Below, one piece after another: positions 20,605 to 31,240 of a stretch of DNA of 64,000 nt (position 1 is the stretch's first letter; each line of letters opens with the position of its first letter). The position numbers were made by a program, and so were the translations under genes. A model generated the notes under the pieces. The model was not told where the DNA came from. It ran no database searches and was given only the letters and a program-made list of their open reading frames with translations. This stretch comes from Verrucomicrobiia bacterium (GTDB lineage Bacteria > Verrucomicrobiota > Verrucomicrobiia > Limisphaerales > UBA1319). Location of the stretch: positions 3,424,001-3,488,000 of the forward strand of contig OY760937.1 in the NCBI GenBank assembly GCA_963664225.1, read 5' to 3'.

Positions 20605-20681
20605 AGGGGCGGACGGAGAGTTTACCTGCGCACAACCGGTCCGCAGGAGTTGGGAGGAAAAACACCGCAGGAGGGTCGATT

Positions 20682-20900
20682 ATGAATGATCAATCCCATG
20701 AGGATGGCCAGAAATGTCCTAATCAAAACAAATCCAGGACAAACCAATCCAGTGGCAAACAGGTTTCGACGAAAACCGCCCGGTTTCACTTCACAGTTGA
20801 GGCCGAAAGCCCCCAGATCAACGTCACTGTGGCCCCCATCGACCTGAAACTTCCTCCCCCAGCATGGCCCGACTGGCCTAAATCACAACCCAATCCCTGA
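20682..20900 (+). CDS. Possible small hypothetical protein
   Basis: GGAGGG RBS upstream; stop is 3 nt before the next start; no recognisable motif. Confidence 0.35.
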   Translation: MNDQSHEDGQKCPNQNKSRTNQSSGKQVSTKTARFHFTVEAESPQINVTVAPIDLKLPPPAWPDWPKSQPNP

Positions 20901-20903
20901 TCG

Positions 20904-21713
20904 ATGGAAACCCACCCCAGCCAAAATCCCGCTCCAATCCGCCTGACCGAAGCCGGGTTGCTCGCCGTGCGCGTTCATGCAAACTCCGGCGCCATGGCGG
21001 CGGACGCTGCCAGCCTTGCGCGACAGCACCTTTGCAATGCGTTGAAGGAACGCGGTTCAGCCTCCGTCATCTTTGCCTGCGCCACCTCGCAAGTTGAATT
21101 CCTTGCCGCGCTGACCGCGCAACAGGGCATCGATTGGAGTCGGATCACCGTTTTCCACATGGACGAATACCTGGGCATCGGGGCCGACCATCCCGCCAGT
21201 TTCCGTCGCTTCCTGCGCGAACACCTGATCGGGCGCGTTCAACCCGGCTGCGTTCATAACCTGGAAGGCGACGCCCTCGAGCCGATGGCCGAGGCCATGC
21301 GTTATGCGGATTTGCTTCAGGCGCGCCCCATCGACCTGTGCTGCCTGGGGGTGGGTGAAAACGGCCACATTGCCTTTAACGATCCTGCGGTCGCCAATTT
21401 CACGGACCCGCTTCAAGTCAAAATCGTCAAGCTGGACGACGTCAGCCGCCTTCAACAAGTGGGCGAAGGTTGTTTTCCCAAGCTCGAAACCGTTCCCCAG
21501 TACGCCCTGACCCTGACCATTCCCGCCCTTTGCGCCGCGCGCCAAATGCTCTGCGTGGTGCCGGAACGCCGCAAAGCCCAGGCCATCCGCATGGCCTTGT
21601 GCGGACCTGTGACTCCCGCCTGCCCGGCCTCCTATTTGCGCCGACAATCCCACGCCACACTCTGTCTGGACGCCGACGCGGCCAGTGAAGTGGATTGGGC
21701 GGCTATTGCCTGA
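20904..21713 (+). CDS. Glucosamine-6-phosphate deaminase-like (NagB / 6-phosphogluconolactonase family) paralogue
   Basis: FHMDEYLG..HPASF, LGVGENGHIAFNDP, CPASYLR. Confidence 0.88.
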   Translation: METHPSQNPAPIRLTEAGLLAVRVHANSGAMAADAASLARQHLCNALKERGSASVIFACATSQVEFLAALTAQQGIDWSRITVFHMDEYLGIGADHPASFRRFLREHLIGRVQPGCVHNLEGDALEPMAEAMRYADLLQARPIDLCCLGVGENGHIAFNDPAVANFTDPLQVKIVKLDDVSRLQQVGEGCFPKLETVPQYALTLTIPALCAARQMLCVVPERRKAQAIRMALCGPVTPACPASYLRRQSHATLCLDADAASEVDWAAIA

Positions 21714-21886
21714 TTTGCCTGACTTGCCTGACGTATTGCGGTCTTGCAGTCCTGGAATCTTGTTGGGGGTGTGGCCTGATCCGGGCATTCGCTTGCGGGC
21801 TCGCTCCAGACCAGAAGAACGGCCTTTCAGCCCTGAAATCCCATTGGCACGGAGATGCGCGGAACTATCACGCAGTCTCAACCAAT

Positions 21887-21921
21887 GAAAAACCCCTCCC
21901 GGAAGATCCGGAAGGGGTTTC
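21887..21921 (-). terminator. Intrinsic terminator after the porin gene (possibly bidirectional)
   Basis: AAACCCCTCCCGGA-AGA-TCCGGAAGGGGTTT stem with T-run on the minus strand. Confidence 0.75.
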
Positions 21922-21945
21922 AAAGGATTCTATCTGAAACTCAGA

Positions 21946-23169
21946 TTAGAACTTGTAGATGACGTTCAAAGCCAGCGACAGAGCGTTCTTGTCGAGTTGG
22001 CTCGCGCCTACTCCACCGAAGGCGCCAGCGCCGCCGTCCATGAAGTGGTCAACGCGGAACTCAGCGCGGGTCACGACATTCGCCCACAGGCTGTAATCCA
22101 CCGTGAAGGTGTCAGCGATGACTTCGTCGTTATGACGTTGGAAGTTGGCAGGCACCACGAAGGAATCATCCGCAAAGAACGTTCCCTTGGTGGCCGAAGC
22201 GTATTCCGCGCGGTTGTTGAATTTCAACTTCTCTGTGGCCTGATAGGACAGATACAGAGCCGTGGCGTTCGCATAGCTGGAACCCTGCTTCCCGATGGAG
22301 CCGTTCGAGCGGTAGTCGAAGGACGCACCGACGCTCAAACCGGTCACAGGCATCGGCAGAGTCACGCCAGTGTAGAAATGGGTCATGTCGCTTGTGGTCG
22401 CGCTGGCTGCGCCATTGAGACCATTGATGACCGCGCCGTAAAGGGTCGCGCCCTTCAGGAAGCCCATGCTCTCGGGAGCCGTCAGCGTCGCGCCGGCCAT
22501 GTAGGTCTTCTCGGACTCTGCGGCCTGTTGCCATCCGCCATTGCCATTAACCCGCCATGCGCGTCCGTTAATGGGACTGTTGATGGTATTGGCCACTCCG
22601 ACCTGCAAGCCCAACCATTCGGCCACCTGATAGCTGGCCAGAACGCCGGTGTGCTGCACTGGCTCAATGTTATAGCCATAGGAACGGCTATAATTGGGGT
22701 TCTTGTAACTATCGAAGGTTTCATAACCCACGATCGTATCGAAAACACCCATTTTGAAATCCAGGCCATTGCCCACGGGAGCGCGCATGTTCACATACGC
22801 CTGCTGGATGGCGAGATCCTCGCTGGAAGCGCCGATGATGCCACGATAGGCATTCGCATCAGGACCGGCCAGGATGTCCGCCTTGTAGCCGGCGGCCCAT
22901 TGACTCTCGTCCAAGGGCTTCTCGAGGGTCAGTTTCACCACATTCAGGTTGAAACCATCCTGTTTGTTGCCGCCGTCAAATGAACGACCCGGCATCTGGT
23001 TATTGCCCGTGCCAAACTTCCAGATGGCAGAGGTATCCACATAGCCGCTCAACGTCGTGGACGAGAGGGCTGTTGCAACGGCGTGCTGAGCCTCCTCAGC
23101 CTGCGCGATCGATCCCAAGCTAACCACACCAGCCGCGGCCAGCGCCAGTGTCCATTTATTAAAGTTCAT
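21946..23169 (-). CDS. Outer-membrane beta-barrel porin (BBP2/DUF1597-like)
   Basis: Signal peptide, LSGYVD, QQAYV, G.FDTIVGYE...NPNYSRSY, C-terminal YKF. Confidence 0.85.
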   Translation of the reverse strand: MNFNKWTLALAAAGVVSLGSIAQAEEAQHAVATALSSTTLSGYVDTSAIWKFGTGNNQMPGRSFDGGNKQDGFNLNVVKLTLEKPLDESQWAAGYKADILAGPDANAYRGIIGASSEDLAIQQAYVNMRAPVGNGLDFKMGVFDTIVGYETFDSYKNPNYSRSYGYNIEPVQHTGVLASYQVAEWLGLQVGVANTINSPINGRAWRVNGNGGWQQAAESEKTYMAGATLTAPESMGFLKGATLYGAVINGLNGAASATTSDMTHFYTGVTLPMPVTGLSVGASFDYRSNGSIGKQGSSYANATALYLSYQATEKLKFNNRAEYASATKGTFFADDSFVVPANFQRHNDEVIADTFTVDYSLWANVVTRAEFRVDHFMDGGAGAFGGVGASQLDKNALSLALNVIYKF

Positions 23170-23713
23170 TCTACTTGTTCCTCCTGCGATGTTTTTTTTA
23201 GCTGCATTGCTTCTGTTAAGTGCGTTTTAAAGGGTAAAATAACCGTTTACCCGCGCACCAAAAGCAAACTAAACAATCCACTTTCGGTTACAACTATGGA
23301 AATTCGACGTCGTTGACAACAAAATATTTAGGCTTTTTTGGTTTTTTTGAAAATTTATCTCCAATAATTCCCAATATTTGCCCAAAAAACGACAAAACCA
23401 CGTTTTGCGCCAGCGAAACAACCCTTCAAAAACTGGCATCGTTAATGCTTCCCATGGAGTTTGATACTTTTCTGAGTGGAAAAGCGGGCGGGTCTTGTGA
23501 TGAAATCCGTGTGACACCCCAATCCCCGCCCATTTATCCGCCCTTTTGGGGCGTTCTTTTTCTATTCAACGCTTTATCGCCAGCCACCGTTTGCCAGGCA
23601 GAGTGTCCCGGCTTTAGAACGCCTGACAAAAGTTTGGACGGTCTGCCGCATTCCAATCCCCAGCATGGTGTTGCTCCCGGCACACATCGATGCGCCGCTT
23701 AACCGTGACCCAT

Positions 23714-24763
23714 TCAGGATCGGGCGGAACCGGCTGGTTCCAACGGGCCATCCTCCTGCGGGACCGGGACGAACTGATCCCGCCAGGCCCGCTTGAACGG
23801 ATAGAGAAATACGGTTCTTGCGAGAATCCCGCGGATTTCCGGACGCGTGATTTTCACACGAACCGTTCCATCCAGAACATTGGAAACGCGCAGCTTCTGA
23901 ATCGTTTTCTGCCCGATCAACAGCGGCCAGGCACAGGCCAGGCGCATCCGCGGGTGGGTGCGCGGCAGCGCGTTGGTGTAGGCCCAGCCTTCGGCCAGAT
24001 GCTGCTCGGCCCGCTGAAGGTAGCTCAAATAAAGGGGTTTGAACCGCCCTTCGGCCGAGGTGTTCAACAAATCGGACGGCTGCAATCCAACCCGGCCCAG
24101 CGCCTGTGAAGGAATGTAACAACGGCCCGTTTTAAAATCCGCAGGCAGATCGCGCAGTATATTCACCAACTGCAGTCCCTGTCCGAAACGAATGCCCGAC
24201 TTGAGCAAAGACACCTCATCCACCGTGTTGGGCTTGAACAAATGCGCGCAGCACATCCGCGTCCAAAACTCCCCCACGCATCCCGCCACCCGGTAGGTAT
24301 AATCATCCAGCTCGGTATCGGTTTGAAGTGCGATCACGTTGGGAGGCGCCGCGCCCCCAAACCGCTGCAAGTCCAGCTCCTGGCCACTGGTTATCGTCTC
24401 GACTACCGAGCGGATTCGCTCCCGGTCGGGAGGGTCAAATCGGTTTAACAGCGTAACGGCCTCCTCGATCCGCTGAAGAAGAATCCGTTCGGCGGGCGTT
24501 CCCTGCTGGCGGGCCAGCAGACTCAGATCCACCGGTTCGGCACGCCGCCCTAAAATCCGTTCGCGTAACGCCTTTAGGGCATCCATCCGCCCCGCCAAAC
24601 CGACCAGGTCCGTATCCGCAATGGTGTCCGTGGCCCGCGCCAGCAGATAGGCCAGGCCAATCTGCGGTCGGATGCCGGAAGGCAGGACTCTGAGCGTCAA
24701 ATAAAAGGATCTCGAGACGTCCTTGAGCAGGAGATCCAGCGAAGCAGGAATCGTGTTTCGCAT
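23714..24763 (-). CDS. Squalene/phytoene synthase family (farnesyl-diphosphate farnesyltransferase-like)
   Basis: VSRSF, YLLARATDTIAD, DDYTYRVAGCVG, GLQLVNILRD...GRCYIP. Confidence 0.88.
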   Translation of the reverse strand: MRNTIPASLDLLLKDVSRSFYLTLRVLPSGIRPQIGLAYLLARATDTIADTDLVGLAGRMDALKALRERILGRRAEPVDLSLLARQQGTPAERILLQRIEEAVTLLNRFDPPDRERIRSVVETITSGQELDLQRFGGAAPPNVIALQTDTELDDYTYRVAGCVGEFWTRMCCAHLFKPNTVDEVSLLKSGIRFGQGLQLVNILRDLPADFKTGRCYIPSQALGRVGLQPSDLLNTSAEGRFKPLYLSYLQRAEQHLAEGWAYTNALPRTHPRMRLACAWPLLIGQKTIQKLRVSNVLDGTVRVKITRPEIRGILARTVFLYPFKRAWRDQFVPVPQEDGPLEPAGSARS

Positions 24764-24818
24764 CGCTCTCAGTCTGGACTTATTTTAAAAAAACGCAATG
24801 GCGGCCCTTTCAAAGCCA

Positions 24819-26264
24819 TCATTTCAAGTCCGGGGAGGGCTGCTTCTTCTCCGCTTCCATCCTCTCGGCAAACGTCCGTTTCCAGCGCGCCAATTGCGCG
24901 CCCACCAGCGCCTGGCCGGGAGAACCCGTGAGCCGCCGCATATTCATGGCCTTGGCCAGATCGAACACCTCGGCCGCATCGGGCCCGAAGGTCGGATTCA
25001 CCGATTGAAGTTCCTTGAGCGTGAGTTTGTTCAGCGGTTTTGCCAGTTTCTCAGCCAGAGCCACAACCGCGCCCACCACATGATGGGCCTGCCGGAACGC
25101 CATTCCCTTGCGCACAAGGTAATCGGCCAGATCCGTCGCGAGAAGCGCCGGATCCTCCGCCGCCGCCGCGCACGGTTCTTCGTTGAGATGCGAGTGGGCG
25201 AGCATCGCCGCCATGATCTGAACCGTCCCACGCGCCGTGTCCATGCTGTCGAAAACCCGCTCCTTGTCCTCCTGCAAATCCCGGTTGTAGGTCATCGGCA
25301 GCCCTTTCAACAAAGTCAGAAGCGCCATTAAGTTGCCGATCGCCCGGCCGGATTTGCCCCGCGTTAATTCCGCCAGATCGGGATTCTTCTTTTGCGGCAT
25401 GAGCGAGGAACCGGTGGTGTAGGCATCGTCGATTTTGAGAAAATTAAACTCCGCGCTGACCCACAAAATAATATCCTCCGAGAGCCGCGACAGATGCACC
25501 GCCAGCAGGGAGGCGACAAACGCGAACTCGATCGCAAAATCCCGGTCGCTGACACCATCCATCGAGTTTTGACTCACCCTCGGCTCCCCCTTGCGATTCA
25601 CAAACCCAAGCAATTGGGCCACGTATTCGCGATCCAGGGGCAGCGTCGAACCCGCCAGCGCCCCGCTGCCCAACGGGCAGACATTGGCCCGCTGAAACGC
25701 GTCCTTGAGCCGGTCCTGGTCCCTCTCCAGCATTTCCACATAAGCCAGCAGGTGATGCGCGAAGTAAACCGGCTGGGCCCGCTGCATATGGGTATAACCT
25801 GGAATGAGTGCCGTGCGGTGGCGCTCCCCCAAATCCACCAGCGCCGCCTGCAATGCGCGAATATCCCGGGCCAGATGGATCATCTCGCGTCGCAGCCACA
25901 GGCGCATATCCAGCGCCACCTGGTCATTGCGGGAACGCCCCGTATGCAGCTTGGCCCCGGCAGGGGCGCGGCGTGTCAATTCCGCCTCGATGTTCATATG
26001 GACATCCTCGAGTTCCGCTTTCCACTCGAATTTGCCGTCCTGGATTTCCACCGCGATGGCATCCAGCCCCTCGATGATCTCCTTGAGCTCCGCCTCGGTC
26101 AGCAACCCGACTTTTTGCAGCATGACCGCGTGGCCGATGGATCCCAGGATGTCGTCGCGCCACAAACGCCAATCGAAGGAGATCGATTCGGTGAACCGGG
26201 CGACTGCCTCTTCCGGACCGCTGGTGAAACGGCCGCTGCGCGATACTGGACTTGAATTGCTCAT
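24819..26264 (-). CDS. argH: Argininosuccinate lyase
   Basis: EDVH, LHTGRSRNDQ, PGYTHMQRAQP, GSSLMPQKKNPD, YNRDLQEDK. Confidence 0.97.
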   Translation of the reverse strand: MSNSSPVSRSGRFTSGPEEAVARFTESISFDWRLWRDDILGSIGHAVMLQKVGLLTEAELKEIIEGLDAIAVEIQDGKFEWKAELEDVHMNIEAELTRRAPAGAKLHTGRSRNDQVALDMRLWLRREMIHLARDIRALQAALVDLGERHRTALIPGYTHMQRAQPVYFAHHLLAYVEMLERDQDRLKDAFQRANVCPLGSGALAGSTLPLDREYVAQLLGFVNRKGEPRVSQNSMDGVSDRDFAIEFAFVASLLAVHLSRLSEDIILWVSAEFNFLKIDDAYTTGSSLMPQKKNPDLAELTRGKSGRAIGNLMALLTLLKGLPMTYNRDLQEDKERVFDSMDTARGTVQIMAAMLAHSHLNEEPCAAAAEDPALLATDLADYLVRKGMAFRQAHHVVGAVVALAEKLAKPLNKLTLKELQSVNPTFGPDAAEVFDLAKAMNMRRLTGSPGQALVGAQLARWKRTFAERMEAEKKQPSPDLK

Positions 26265-26388
26265 ACCTTGGCCCCAGTCTTTCCCAGCGGCGGGAAAAAG
26301 GCATCAAAAAAAGTCGTCGCGCGCCTTATTTTATTCAATAAGCCTGCTTGCCAAAATCAGGCCTTTTCGATTATATACTCAAGCCAGC

Positions 26389-27603
26389 ATGAAACATACC
26401 GCAGGTCTTACGCTGGTCATGACAACCGCGCTGGCGCCAACTGCCGTTTTTGGTCTGGGCTTGCGCGTGCCGGATCAGGATCCAAAAGCCATTGCGCGCG
26501 GCAACGCCTTTACCGCCACCGCCGACAATCCATCCGCCGTCTATTACAATCCCGCGGGCATCACCCAGTCCACGGGACATAATGCCAGCGTCGGTGTCAA
26601 TATCGTGACCCTGGGCTCGGAACGTGAGGCCGGCGGCCAGACCACTTCCACAAGGGACAGCGTCCATGTCCTGCCCCAGGTCTATTACACTTACGGCTTC
26701 ACCAACGTCCCGATTGCGTTGGGCATGGGCCTGTATTCCCCTTATGGCCATGGCATGGAATGGCCCAACAACACCACTTTTCGCCAGACCACCATCGAGG
26801 GGTCCATGACCTATTTGACCCTCAACCCGGTCGTGGCCTGGAAGCCGTTGGAGACTCTCTCCATCGCGGCGGGGCCCACTCTTAATTATGGCGATACCGA
26901 ACTGCGCAATGGAAAACTGCCTTTCAGTTGGGTCAATGGGGCGGATTCGATCCGGTTTCGCGGCGATGATACGGCGGCTGGATTTAATGCGGGCGTTCTT
27001 TGGCATCCATTGGAGCAACACTCCTTCGGTCTGACCTACCGCAGCGCCACTTCGATGAATTTTTCGGGGAACGTCAGGGCCTATGTCCCCCTTCCTCCGC
27101 CCAATTACGCCAACTTCAGCACCGCCGCCACCGCCAAAATAGATTTCCCACAGCAGGTCGTCCTGGGCTATTCCTATCGACCCACGCCCAAGTGGAACCT
27201 GGAATTCGACGTCGATTGGACCGATTGGGATTCCCTGAACACGGTCACCCTCAAACCCGCCATCGGCGCTCCCACCGCGATCCCATTCAACTACCGGTCC
27301 AGCTTCATGTATGAGTGGGGCGTGACCCGCTATTTCGACAATGGCTACTCCCTGAGCGGCGGCTACATGTTCAGCGAAAATTCCGTTCCTGAAAAGTGGT
27401 TCAGCCCGGGAATTCCAGACTCGGACCGTCACGTATTCAGCGTCGGTATTGGCAAACAGTATAAACGGATCCGTTGGGATGCCGCCTATCAATTTGCTTA
27501 CGGTCCATCCCGTGACATCTCTGGCAGCATCAATCCGGGCGTTAGCGGCAGTTATACCTTTTTAAGCAATGCACTCGCACTCTCAGTTGGACTCAACTTC
27601 TGA
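26389..27603 (+). CDS. FadL/OmpP1/TodX family outer-membrane transporter
   Basis: ARGNAFTATADNPSAVYYNPAG, PYG...W, C-terminal F; ATG at 26389 with signal peptide. Confidence 0.9.
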   Translation: MKHTAGLTLVMTTALAPTAVFGLGLRVPDQDPKAIARGNAFTATADNPSAVYYNPAGITQSTGHNASVGVNIVTLGSEREAGGQTTSTRDSVHVLPQVYYTYGFTNVPIALGMGLYSPYGHGMEWPNNTTFRQTTIEGSMTYLTLNPVVAWKPLETLSIAAGPTLNYGDTELRNGKLPFSWVNGADSIRFRGDDTAAGFNAGVLWHPLEQHSFGLTYRSATSMNFSGNVRAYVPLPPPNYANFSTAATAKIDFPQQVVLGYSYRPTPKWNLEFDVDWTDWDSLNTVTLKPAIGAPTAIPFNYRSSFMYEWGVTRYFDNGYSLSGGYMFSENSVPEKWFSPGIPDSDRHVFSVGIGKQYKRIRWDAAYQFAYGPSRDISGSINPGVSGSYTFLSNALALSVGLNF

Positions 27604-28903
27604 AACCAGCGTCCAAACCGCGTTTGGCTTGAAACCGGTCAAATCCGCGGCCGGGACACCCACTGCGGCACCCAAGCCACGCCGCACTTTGATGGTCGTG
27701 GATGACGAGGAAGGTCCGCGCCAATCCCTGCGCATCGTCTTCAAGGACGAATACAACATCCTCATGGCCAATGATGGAATCCAAGCCATCGAATTGACCA
27801 AGTTGCATCATGTGGACGCCGCCATCCTGGATATTCGCATGTTTGGCATGACAGGCGTGGATCTGCTTGAGCGTCTTAAAGCGGTCGATCCCAACATCGA
27901 GGTCATCATGCTCACCGCCTATGAGACTTTCGAAACCGCCCGCCAGGCCTTGCGTTGCGGCGCCTGCGACTACCTTAACAAGCCTTTTGACATCTCCACG
28001 ATGCGTGCCGCCGTTTCCAAAGCCATGGAGCGTCGCTCCCTTTCCGACGAGGTTCGGGCCAATCAACGCATTCTCGAGGAGCTGAAAACCGAGATTCATA
28101 AACAGCGCGAAACCCAGGAGATGATCCGCACCCGCGGCGAAATCTACGCCAGCATTATTCACGACATCAACGGACCGTTGACCATCATCTCCGGATTCAT
28201 CGAGACCATCAACCAGCGCCTGTCTGACTCCCCGCGGATTGAAGGCGAAGACCTGTCCAGCATCAAGGAGCGTCTCGAACGCATCACACGCCAGGTCAAT
28301 AATTGCATCGAAATTTCCCGGCGCTACCTGCGATTCCTGCGCGAAGGCCAGAATGAAGCCAACCTCGTCGCCGTCAATCAGATCCTCCAGGACGTCGTTC
28401 AACTTCTGCGGCATCACCGAAGCGCCGCCGGTCATCAAATCAGCGCCGAACCGCTTGTAACGGAGGCCTATGTCCAGATCAACGGCACCGAGCTCATTCA
28501 AATACTGCTCAATCTTGGCATCAACGCCCTTCAAGCCTCAGCCGCCGCGCATCGGGTCGAAATCATTTGCAAACGACTCGATCACCCTCTGGACATGGCT
28601 GCCTTGGAGGATGGCCCGGAAAACCGCTTTGTCTGCGGCGAATCCTTCAAAAACACCGGGCCTCTCCTGGCCATCGCTGTGGCGGATAACGGCCCTGGCA
28701 TAGCTGCGGATGTCCTCCCGCGCATATTCGAACCCTATTTCACCACCAAGGCCGTCGGTCAAGGTACCGGCTTGGGACTGCCCATCGTTTCCAGACTCGT
28801 CAAGGAGGCCCGTGGAGCCATTCATTTGGAGACCAAGCTTGGCCATGGGAGCTCCTTTACCGTCTATCTCCCAGGCATGGACACAAACGCGCCTTCCAGG
28901 TAG
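27569..28903 (+). CDS. Hybrid response regulator - histidine kinase (cytoplasmic)
   Basis: Receiver VVDDE / LDIRM / YLNKPF; HDINGPL H-box; DNGPGI, FEPYFTTK..GTGLGL. Confidence 0.92.
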   Translation: MHSHSQLDSTSETSVQTAFGLKPVKSAAGTPTAAPKPRRTLMVVDDEEGPRQSLRIVFKDEYNILMANDGIQAIELTKLHHVDAAILDIRMFGMTGVDLLERLKAVDPNIEVIMLTAYETFETARQALRCGACDYLNKPFDISTMRAAVSKAMERRSLSDEVRANQRILEELKTEIHKQRETQEMIRTRGEIYASIIHDINGPLTIISGFIETINQRLSDSPRIEGEDLSSIKERLERITRQVNNCIEISRRYLRFLREGQNEANLVAVNQILQDVVQLLRHHRSAAGHQISAEPLVTEAYVQINGTELIQILLNLGINALQASAAAHRVEIICKRLDHPLDMAALEDGPENRFVCGESFKNTGPLLAIAVADNGPGIAADVLPRIFEPYFTTKAVGQGTGLGLPIVSRLVKEARGAIHLETKLGHGSSFTVYLPGMDTNAPSR

Positions 28904-28962
28904 CCTCGAATCTGCGTCCAACAACCGGTTGCCTTTTCAAGGCCAGCCATTAAATTCATCGC

Positions 28963-30054
28963 ATGGTTTGCGATACAGCCTGTGACACATTGGCGCAGCG
29001 GGTGTGGGATGGCGAACGGATTACTCCGTCCGAGGCCCGCCTGCTTTACGATCTGCCCCTCCACGATTTGGCCGCCTTGGCCAATCGCCGCAGGCACTTG
29101 GCCAAAGACTGCGCTTACGAAGGCCGTGGCAACGAAATCGTCACCTATAGCATCGATCGCAACATCAACTACACCAATATTTGCGACGTCTACTGCAAAT
29201 TTTGCGCCTTCTATCGGGTGGAACGCGACGCCGATGCCTACGTGATCGGTTTTGACGAATTGGACCAGAAAGTTCAGGAGACCGCCGATCAAGGCGGCAC
29301 ACAAATTCTCCTGCAGGGCGGGCACCATCCCAAATTGAACCTCCAGTGGTATCTGGACTTCCTGAACCATCTCAAATCCAGATTCCCGCAAATAAACGTT
29401 CACGGCTTCAGCCCCAGCGAGTTCATCCATTTTGAAAAAGTCTTTCAAATGCCCGTGGAAGAAATCATCCGGCAATTCGTCGCGGCCGGTTTGGGCAGCA
29501 TTCCCGGCGGTGGCGGTGAAATCCTGGTCGATCGCGTTCGCCAGCGGATCTCCCCGCGCAAAGCCATGAGCGACGACTGGCTGCGCGTGATGGATACCGC
29601 CCATCGACTTGGCCTCAAAACCAGCGCCACCATGATGTTCGGCCATGTCGAAACCATCGATGACCGCATCGAACACCTCGAACGGCTCCGCCGCCAGCAG
29701 GACCTGACTCACGGCTTCACCGCCTTCATCTGCTGGACCTTTCAAGCCGAAAACACCAACCTCAAAGTCCCCATGGTCGGTGCCCATGAATACCTGCGCA
29801 CGCAGGCCTTGAGTCGTATTTATCTGGATAACTTCCCCAACGTGCAAAGTTCCTGGGTCACCCAGGGCCCGCACATCGGCCAGATCGCCCTGCAATTCGG
29901 CGCCAACGACCTCGGCAGCATCATGATTGAAGAAAATGTCGTATCTCAGGCCGGAGCCACCTTTCGCATGACCGTTGCGGACATGCACCGCCTCATCGAG
30001 GACTTGGGTTACGAACCCCACCAGCGCGACAATTGGTATCGCCTGGTGAACTAG
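28963..30054 (+). CDS. mqnC: Cyclic dehypoxanthinyl futalosine synthase (radical SAM)
   Basis: DRNINYTNICDVYCKFCAF, LQGGHHP, PGGGGEIL, ATMMFGH, SSWVTQG, EENVV. Confidence 0.9.
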   Translation: MVCDTACDTLAQRVWDGERITPSEARLLYDLPLHDLAALANRRRHLAKDCAYEGRGNEIVTYSIDRNINYTNICDVYCKFCAFYRVERDADAYVIGFDELDQKVQETADQGGTQILLQGGHHPKLNLQWYLDFLNHLKSRFPQINVHGFSPSEFIHFEKVFQMPVEEIIRQFVAAGLGSIPGGGGEILVDRVRQRISPRKAMSDDWLRVMDTAHRLGLKTSATMMFGHVETIDDRIEHLERLRRQQDLTHGFTAFICWTFQAENTNLKVPMVGAHEYLRTQALSRIYLDNFPNVQSSWVTQGPHIGQIALQFGANDLGSIMIEENVVSQAGATFRMTVADMHRLIEDLGYEPHQRDNWYRLVN

Positions 30055-30225
30055 GGACGCTGCCGGGCCTCGATCTTGAAAATCCGACCGGTCGTGGCCG
30101 CGAGATCCATCGGATGCGCTCCTTCCAACGGAAGGTCTATGGTGTGATTCCACCCTCCTGTCCCGCTAATATTTGGATGCAATGCCGTTGTTGCCTGTCG
30201 CCCGCCTTCTTGTTATGTTTTTCCA

Positions 30226-31116
30226 ATGTCGAAGGAACCATTGTTAAAGCTGGACTTGCCGGGAATCCCCAAGGTCAAGAGCGGCAAGGTGCGGGAAGTT
30301 TTCGATCTGGGCCCCGAGTTTCTATTTGTGGCCTCGGACCGCATTTCAGCCTTTGATTGCGTGCTGCCCAACGGCATTCCCCACAAGGGGGAAGTGTTGA
30401 CGCAGCTCTCCCATTTCTGGTTCGACCAGACCGCCGGCCTCGTTCCCAATCATCGCGTGCTGGCCGCCGACGCCCCGCTGCCCGCCGTGCTCCAACCCTT
30501 TGCCGACGTGCTCGCCGGACGGAGCATGATCGTCAAAAAAGCCGCGCCTCTGGCCATCGAATGCGTGGTGCGCGGTTATCTGGCAGGTTCCGGCTGGAAG
30601 GAATACCAGAAGCGCCAGACCGTGTGCGGGCACAAGCTGCCGCCCGGTCTCAAGGATTGCTCCGAATTGCCCACGCCCATTTTCACGCCGTCCACCAAGG
30701 CCGAAACCGGCCATGACGAAAACATTTCCTTCGATCAGGCGGCGGCCATCGTGGGGCCGGCCATCGCCGCCCAGGCGCGGGATTTGAGCCTTAAGATCTA
30801 CAATTTCGCCCGCGCCCACGCCCGGCAGCGCGGCATTATTATTGCCGACACCAAATTCGAGTTCGGCCTGCTCGACGGTCAGCTCATCCTCATTGACGAG
30901 GTGCTCACGCCCGATTCCTCCCGGTTCTGGCCCGCCGGACAGTATGAGGAGGGCCGCAGCCAGCCGAGTTTCGACAAACAGTTTGTCCGGGACTACCTCG
31001 AATCCCTGGATTGGGATAAAACCCCGCCCGCGCCCGCGCTTCCTGCCGATGTGGTGGCCAAAACCACGGCCAAATATCTGGAAGCCTACGAAAAATTGAC
31101 GGGTAAAAACCTTTAA
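30226..31116 (+). CDS. purC: SAICAR synthase
   Basis: GKVRE, SDRISAFD, ECVVRGY, ADTKFEFG, DEVLTPDSSRFW, DKQFVRD. Confidence 0.97.
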   Translation: MSKEPLLKLDLPGIPKVKSGKVREVFDLGPEFLFVASDRISAFDCVLPNGIPHKGEVLTQLSHFWFDQTAGLVPNHRVLAADAPLPAVLQPFADVLAGRSMIVKKAAPLAIECVVRGYLAGSGWKEYQKRQTVCGHKLPPGLKDCSELPTPIFTPSTKAETGHDENISFDQAAAIVGPAIAAQARDLSLKIYNFARAHARQRGIIIADTKFEFGLLDGQLILIDEVLTPDSSRFWPAGQYEEGRSQPSFDKQFVRDYLESLDWDKTPPAPALPADVVAKTTAKYLEAYEKLTGKNL

Positions 31117-31240
31117 ATCAGGGACGCCGCCTGGAGGGTCGAAACCCCGTCCCAGACCCTCGGGAGCGTTCGACGGTATTGGCATTGGTAATTGGGCCGC
31201 GCATGGGGTCTGGTTTGGATTGGTTTTTGACTGGATGGCG

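Noticed and set aside
25804..26388. N-terminal extension of the FadL ORF (likewise the extensions of ORFs starting at 36767, 40715, 51272, 52759 and 55650)
   Set aside because: They overlap other genes or repeats; signal peptides or family N-termini mark later starts
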